From a virus (taxonomy: Duplodnaviria; Heunggongvirae; Uroviricota; Caudoviricetes), in the IMG/VR virus record IMGVR_UViG_2802429253_000003: a DNA stretch of 10,663 nucleotides. The stretch is one strand, 5' to 3'. The translations under genes and the position numbers were made by a program. This document shows, one piece after another, positions 5,824-10,663 of the stretch. How positions within the stretch are numbered: position 1 is the first letter of the stretch; each line of letters opens with the position of its first letter. The notes beneath the pieces were generated by a model. It worked only from the letters and a program-made list of their open reading frames with translations. It had not been told where the DNA came from and made no database searches.

Positions 5824-8800
5824 TCAGCTGATACTGATGCCTGCGGTGGCTTTCTTCATCACCACAACCAGCAAATCGCTGATACTTGCTGTGGGATACC
5901 AGTTATTTACCAGCCATGCTGACACCGAAAACTCCAGTGTCATGTGACCGTGACCGGCAGGCATATCAATAACGCCACTGTAAATCAGCGTATTATCCAG
6001 CGCGGTACGGTTATAAATTTCAGCACCGTTTTTCCGCACTATCAGACGGCATGAGGAGTAAATATCAGTATGCTCTCTCTCATGCTTAGCGCCACTGAAT
6101 GCCACCGCCGGAATAACAATTTGCCGGTCAAACGGCTGATCGTCATAAACCCTGACGGTAATGGTCCCTGATGGCCACCGCTCCGGTGCTCGGGAGTCAC
6201 GGGGGAAAGCTTTGCCCACTGTTTTAACGAGATCGCCTTCAATCTGGTTCGCGGACAGTTTTCCCAGAACCCGACAGTTCTCGTTAATCGTGACGTTGTT
6301 GAGCGTCCCGGAGTTCGCATTCACGTTACCGCTGATATCGGCATTTTTCGCCGTCAGCCGCCCGTCCGGCGTCAGGGAAAATGCAGGAGGATTACCGCCG
6401 CTGGTGATGGTCGGGGCCGTCAGACGCTTCAGGAACACGTCGTTCATGAATATCTGATCGCCCTGACCAACAAACATCGGCTTTGTGTTGCCATTCGCAG
6501 GATTAATCATCGCAATCCTGTCCGCCGCCAGCAGCACCTGACTCTGCATACCGTCAGGAGTATTCTCAATACCGGCACCAATACCCGCGATATAAAGGCG
6601 TCCGTCCTGCATCTGCTGCAGCTTCACAGCCCACATGCTGTTCAGGTTATTATTTGTATCAACCTGAACCTTCTGTATCTGCTGGATCGCTGCACTCTGG
6701 TCTTCCAGTTTCTTATTGACGGTCTGCGTGATTTCATTGCTGACACCCGTAATGGACGTCCTGATTTCAGCCAGGTCAGGCGCAAGCTGACCGTTATCAA
6801 TCTGCGTCCACAACTCCTGAGCCAGATGGGTTTTCCCTATCTCTCCTTTGAAAAAATTCAGATAGCCGGATGCATCATCACTCGGCTGGCCAACAGCCTC
6901 CACAAATGCCGATTTGCCAACGGTGTTCACACTGCGGATGTAAAAATAATAATCATGGCCCGGTTTGATATTGATACTGGCGGCTATCCAGTACAGCGCC
7001 GTGCCAAGATAGCGTGCTGTGGTTTCAACCTGCCTGATATCCGCAATCCGCTTTTCCGAGAACCAGAACTCAAACTGTACCGTCGGGTCATAAACCGCAA
7101 GATGCGGCGTGGCGGTTATCTGAAAATAGCCCGGAGTCAGCTCAATCTGTGACGGCGCTGCCGGTGCGGCAATCCGGAACGATACCGACGCCGGGTCTCC
7201 CTGCTGCCCCCAGGCATTTACTGCCCGGACTGTCAGCCTGTAGTTCCCCAGCGCCAGCTGCCTGAAGCGGTATGTTGTTTCCGTCGTCCGGGCCGTGCTG
7301 ACCAGCCGCTCACTGCCGTCGTCCGCTGTTACGGTCAGACGGAGCAGGAAGCTCACGCCCTTCACCACCTTCGGTGTGTCCCATCGCGCCAGCACCTGAT
7401 ATTCCCCGCTGTCTGCATTGACTTCTGCGGTCAGGTGCTGCACCGCGGGCGGCGTGACACCGTTCACCGTTCCGCTCTGGTCGCCGTCAAAGTGCGCCCC
7501 GTTATCCACGATGGCTTCTTTCTCCGGTACATGCTGCACGGCAGTGATGGCATACGTGCCGTCATCGTTCTCACGGATACTCACGCAGCGGAACAGGCGC
7601 TGGCGCAGCGTCGGCAGCTTCAGCCCCCACACGCTGTATTCTGCAACGCCGTCAGGAACACGACTCACTTTCACCTTCACGCCGTCGGTGACGGACTGAA
7701 CCTCCACGCTGACCGGATTACCACTTCCGTCAACCAGGCTTATCAGCGTGGTACCGGAGGATGGCAGCGTGATTTCACGGTCGAGCGTCAGCGTCCGGGT
7801 CTGGCTGTTCACCGCCAGCACGCGACCACCGGTGCTGATACCGGCATAGTCATCATCGCAGATTTCAATAACATCGCCCGGCACATGGCGAAGCCCTTCT
7901 GCGCCCACGCTGAAATCCACGGTCTGCGTCTCCAGCAGTTCCGTTTTAATCAGCCACAGCCCGGCGCGGTGTGCCTGCCCCCGGCTGGTACAGCCAAAGG
8001 CATCCATCTTCGTGACATTACGACCGTAACGGGCAATGGCCTGCGTATCTTCAACAAGCTCTGTCGCCGTCTCCCAGCCGTTATTCGGGTCAATCCAGTT
8101 CACCTCAACGGCATTATGGCGGTCCTTCAGGGCGCTGAAGCTGTAGCGGAACGGCGCGCCATCATCCGGCATCACCACATTACTGCGGTTATAGGTCCAC
8201 ACCTTATCCGACGGTCGGTCCTGCACGAACGTCAGCGTCTGCCCGTTCCATACCGGCATACAGCGCATCGCCGAGCAGAAATCGCTGAGAACATCCCACG
8301 CCTTACGCTGCGTGGTCAGGTAAGCGTTACAGGTGATGCGCGGCTCCGTGCCACCAAAGCCATCCGGCACCGACTGGTCGCAATTCTGGCCGATGACATA
8401 CAGCGCCCATTTATCCACATCCGCTGCACCAAGACGTTTCCCCATGCCGTAGCGCGGATGGGTCAGCATATCCCACAGACACCAGGCCATGTTGTTGCTG
8501 TATGCCGGTTTAAACGTTCCGTCCCAGATACCGCTGTATTGTCGCGTCTGCGGGTTATAGTTCGACGGCACCTGCAGAATGCGCCCGCGCAGATGATAAT
8601 TACGGCTCACCTGCTGGCTGCCGAACTGCTCCGAATCCACCTGCACGCCGACCAGTGCCGTGTTCGGGTAGCACTGTTTCACATCGATGATTTCGGTGTA
8701 TGACGACCAGAGCGTTTTGTTCTGCAGCTGGTCTGTGGTGCTGTCCGGCGTCATCCTGCGCATCCGGATATTAAACGGGCGCGGCGGCAGGTTACCCACC

Positions 8801-9303
8801 ACCACCGAGGCCAGATACTGCGAGGTGGTTTTGCCCTTAATGGTGATGTCTTTTTCCGTCACCCAGCCACCGTTACGTTGTATCTGAACCAGCAGGCGGA
8901 CTTCCGATGGATTCCTGTCCCCCTTTGAGGTGGTTTCCACCAGTGCCTGCACACCGAAGGTAAAACGCAGACGGTCGATGTTTGCCGACGTGATGGTCCG
9001 GGTGATCGGCGTGTCGTATTTCACTTCCGTACCCAGTACCGTCTCGGAACCTGATGATTCAAATCCCTCCGGCGGTGTCTGCTCCTGCTCACCTGCCCGG
9101 AACACCACCGTGACACCGGAGATGTTGGTATTCCCCTCACTGTCCAGCACCGGTGTACTGTTCAGCAACACGCTTTTTAATCCATCCCCCGGACCTTCAA
9201 TCGGCCCTTCGCTGATGGCATCGATCACACTCAGCAACTGCGTGGATTTCAGGTTGTCCTTCGCTTCGCGCGGGGTATGCCCCTTACTGCTGCCTTTACC
9301 CAT
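5824..9303 (-). CDS. J: Tail tip / host specificity protein J (central tail fibre)
   Basis: 1159 aa. The N-terminal ~800 aa ([38 protein letters not shown]...) is recognisably lambda J. GGAG Shine-Dalgarno about 9 nt upstream of the ATG. The C-terminal part appears more divergent from lambda J as I remember it. Confidence 0.95.
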   Translation of the reverse strand: MGKGSSKGHTPREAKDNLKSTQLLSVIDAISEGPIEGPGDGLKSVLLNSTPVLDSEGNTNISGVTVVFRAGEQEQTPPEGFESSGSETVLGTEVKYDTPITRTITSANIDRLRFTFGVQALVETTSKGDRNPSEVRLLVQIQRNGGWVTEKDITIKGKTTSQYLASVVVGNLPPRPFNIRMRRMTPDSTTDQLQNKTLWSSYTEIIDVKQCYPNTALVGVQVDSEQFGSQQVSRNYHLRGRILQVPSNYNPQTRQYSGIWDGTFKPAYSNNMAWCLWDMLTHPRYGMGKRLGAADVDKWALYVIGQNCDQSVPDGFGGTEPRITCNAYLTTQRKAWDVLSDFCSAMRCMPVWNGQTLTFVQDRPSDKVWTYNRSNVVMPDDGAPFRYSFSALKDRHNAVEVNWIDPNNGWETATELVEDTQAIARYGRNVTKMDAFGCTSRGQAHRAGLWLIKTELLETQTVDFSVGAEGLRHVPGDVIEICDDDYAGISTGGRVLAVNSQTRTLTLDREITLPSSGTTLISLVDGSGNPVSVEVQSVTDGVKVKVSRVPDGVAEYSVWGLKLPTLRQRLFRCVSIRENDDGTYAITAVQHVPEKEAIVDNGAHFDGDQSGTVNGVTPPAVQHLTAEVNADSGEYQVLARWDTPKVVKGVSFLLRLTVTADDGSERLVSTARTTETTYRFRQLALGNYRLTVRAVNAWGQQGDPASVSFRIAAPAAPSQIELTPGYFQITATPHLAVYDPTVQFEFWFSEKRIADIRQVETTARYLGTALYWIAASINIKPGHDYYFYIRSVNTVGKSAFVEAVGQPSDDASGYLNFFKGEIGKTHLAQELWTQIDNGQLAPDLAEIRTSITGVSNEITQTVNKKLEDQSAAIQQIQKVQVDTNNNLNSMWAVKLQQMQDGRLYIAGIGAGIENTPDGMQSQVLLAADRIAMINPANGNTKPMFVGQGDQIFMNDVFLKRLTAPTITSGGNPPAFSLTPDGRLTAKNADISGNVNANSGTLNNVTINENCRVLGKLSANQIEGDLVKTVGKAFPRDSRAPERWPSGTITVRVYDDQPFDRQIVIPAVAFSGAKHEREHTDIYSSCRLIVRKNGAEIYNRTALDNTLIYSGVIDMPAGHGHMTLEFSVSAWLVNNWYPTASISDLLVVVMKKATAGISIS

Positions 9304-9325
9304 TCGTCATGCTCCATAAACGACA

Positions 9326-9345
9326 AAACCGCCCGGAGGCGGTTT
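9326..9345 (-). promoter_or_regulatory. GC-rich hairpin in the I-J intergenic region (AAACCGCC-CGGA-GGCGGTTT)
   Basis: Seen in sequence: 8-bp stem, 4-nt loop. On the minus strand it is followed by TGTCGTTTAT and then the J Shine-Dalgarno. It lies inside the late operon, so it is more likely an RNA structural or attenuating element than a full terminator. Confidence 0.3.
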
Positions 9346-9363
9346 CACATAAAATATTTTGCA

Positions 9364-10011
9364 TCATCGACCAATCACCACAACCTGACCACCATCCCCT
9401 TCGTCTGCCGTGCTGATCTCCTGAGATACCACGCGTGACCCCACGCGCATTTCACCGTACAGAACGGGCAGAACATTCCCCTGGGCAACCATGTTATCCA
9501 GTGAGGAGAAATACGTGTTCTGTTTGCCGTTATCCGTTGTCTGTGTGCGGGGAGTTCTGGCTTTCGGTGCCAGCATCTGCGCCACACCGCCCAGGATCAT
9601 ACTGGCCCCTACCGCATACATACCCGATACAGCCGCGACACCCAGCCAGCCCACAGGGTTCCACCATGCCACCGCAATCAGCGCAGCCCCCAGCACTGCC
9701 TGAAAAACACCGCCACTTTTGGCACCCGCCAGACGCGGTACGATGTGGATCACGGCACCATTTGCCAGCGGCTCATTAAGACGGGCAGATAATTCGTTTT
9801 CGCCTGCATCACGCCCGGCAATGCGCACCTGATACCAGCCCTCATTCAGTTTCTGACGAAACGCCGGGAGCTGCGTGGCCAGCGCCCGGATAGCTTCGGC
9901 TCCCGTTTTCACACGAAGGTCGATGCGGTGGCCAAATCGTTGCAAATCCCCGTAAAGGCAGATGCGTGCCATGCCCGGTGACGCCAGAGGGAGTGTGTGC
10001 GTCGCTGCCAT
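9364..10011 (-). CDS. I: Tail assembly protein I
   Basis: 215 aa. N-terminus MAATHTLPLASPGMARICLYGDLQRFG... and C-terminus ...VLPVLYGEMRVGSRVVSQEISTADEGDGGQVVVIGR match lambda gpI as remembered. The start lies inside the 3' end of K. Confidence 0.9.
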   Translation of the reverse strand: MAATHTLPLASPGMARICLYGDLQRFGHRIDLRVKTGAEAIRALATQLPAFRQKLNEGWYQVRIAGRDAGENELSARLNEPLANGAVIHIVPRLAGAKSGGVFQAVLGAALIAVAWWNPVGWLGVAAVSGMYAVGASMILGGVAQMLAPKARTPRTQTTDNGKQNTYFSSLDNMVAQGNVLPVLYGEMRVGSRVVSQEISTADEGDGGQVVVIGR

Positions 10012-10652
10012 TTGTCGGTATACCTCTCTCGTTTGCTCAGTTGTTCAGGAATATGGTGCAGCAGCTCGCCGTCGCCGCAGTAAATGGCGGCATGATTCGG
10101 CACCGATGAACCAAAGCAGCACAGCAGCACATCGCCCGGCTGCGCCTCTGTCAGTGCGGCACGGTAAAAACCAGTCGCCTCCATATTGTCAAGATAGAGA
10201 TTCTGGCCGTTACGCCACCAGTCATCCCCGCGATGAAAATCCGGCATCTCAATTCCCGCCAGATGGTAAGCGTCCCGGAACAGCGTGTAACAGTCCGTCA
10301 CCCCGTGCTCAAAGCGCCGCCCGGTGAGATGCGGCACACAGCGGAACTTATGAATCGCCCCCCGGCAGACCAGCCACCACGGCAAATCACTCTGCACCTG
10401 CAGCCGCCGGTCGGCCTCACTCAGCCAGGGCAGACCACCGGGATGACTGTGGACCAGCGCCACAATCTCACCCTGCATTTCTGCCTGCAGCCAGTCCTCC
10501 GGCGACATCCGGAAATAATCCTCCGGCTCACCGGAAATATTCACGCAGGGAAAATATCTTTCCCCCTCCGGCGTTCTCACCACGAAGCCGCACGACTCCG
10601 CTGGCGCACATCGCCGGGCGTGCGCCAGAATCGCTGATTCTGTCTCTGTCAT
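9909..10652 (-). CDS. K: Tail assembly protein K (MPN/JAMM domain plus NlpC/P60-like domain)
   Basis: 247 aa. JAMM motif HSHPGGLPWLSEAD (H-x-H-x7-S-x2-D) and a C-terminal NlpC/P60-like Cys/His context (GVTDCYTLF ... NHAAIY). It overlaps I by 103 nt in another frame, the same overlap length as I recall for lambda. Confidence 0.9.
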   Translation of the reverse strand: MTETESAILAHARRCAPAESCGFVVRTPEGERYFPCVNISGEPEDYFRMSPEDWLQAEMQGEIVALVHSHPGGLPWLSEADRRLQVQSDLPWWLVCRGAIHKFRCVPHLTGRRFEHGVTDCYTLFRDAYHLAGIEMPDFHRGDDWWRNGQNLYLDNMEATGFYRAALTEAQPGDVLLCCFGSSVPNHAAIYCGDGELLHHIPEQLSKRERYTDKWQRRTHSLWRHRAWHASAFTGICNDLATASTFV

Positions 10653-10663
10653 GGGATTTATAT

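Larger units (their letters stand above)
1..10663. mobile_element. Segment of a lambda-like prophage: tail tip and tail fibre genes plus adjacent accessory cargo; both prophage ends lie outside the window
   Basis: Lambda gene order K-I-J-lom-stf on one strand, including the characteristic 103-nt K/I overlap and terminators flanking lom. No integrase or attachment site is visible, so the boundaries are not defined here. Whether the AT-rich gene at 1-818 is prophage cargo or chromosomal flank is uncertain. Confidence 0.75.

Noticed and set aside
6042-9319. Several plus- and minus-strand ORFs nested inside J (6042-6320, 6161-6457, 6826-7152, 7418-7699, 7435-8703 at 422 aa, 8687-8887, 8930-9319)
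   Set aside because: They lie entirely within the J coding region in other frames or antisense. Their translations are Arg/His/Pro/Ser-rich with no recognisable domains and no RBS, which is typical of chance open frames in GC-rich coding DNA.
9375-9779. ORFs in other frames within I (9375-9587, 9435-9779, 9491-9703) and within K (9962-10327, 10233-10637)
   Set aside because: They are nested in the well-supported I and K genes and their composition is implausible. The only genuine overlap in this region is the K/I overlap.

Overview
This window reads as the distal end of the tail-morphogenesis (late) operon of a lambda-like prophage, with all phage genes on the minus strand. In transcription order they are K (9909-10652), I (9364-10011, overlapping K by 103 nt), J (5824-9303), lom (5157-5756, bracketed by two intrinsic terminators) and a side tail fibre gene stf (2717-5092). 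The stf gene has a lambda-like N-terminus, a block of in-frame 189-bp tandem repeats, and a lower-GC distal part. Where lambda carries tfa, this window instead has three tightly packed genes: a very acidic 93-aa ORF translationally coupled to stf, a 346-aa fibre-tip-like protein with a C-terminal peptidase-S74-type intramolecular chaperone domain, and a 107-aa two-helix membrane protein. Directly after these lies a 42-codon, start-less remnant that I read as the conserved C-terminus of Tfa, which suggests a cassette replacement. Convergent to all of this on the plus strand is a very AT-rich gene for a membrane-anchored GGDEF diguanylate cyclase that runs off the left edge of the window. I saw no tRNA, rRNA, CRISPR array, IS element or integrase. 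The most interesting part is the replaced receptor-recognition module (1051-3950), followed by the diguanylate cyclase cargo gene. All family assignments are from reading the translated sequence and from memory of lambda proteins; no database search was run.
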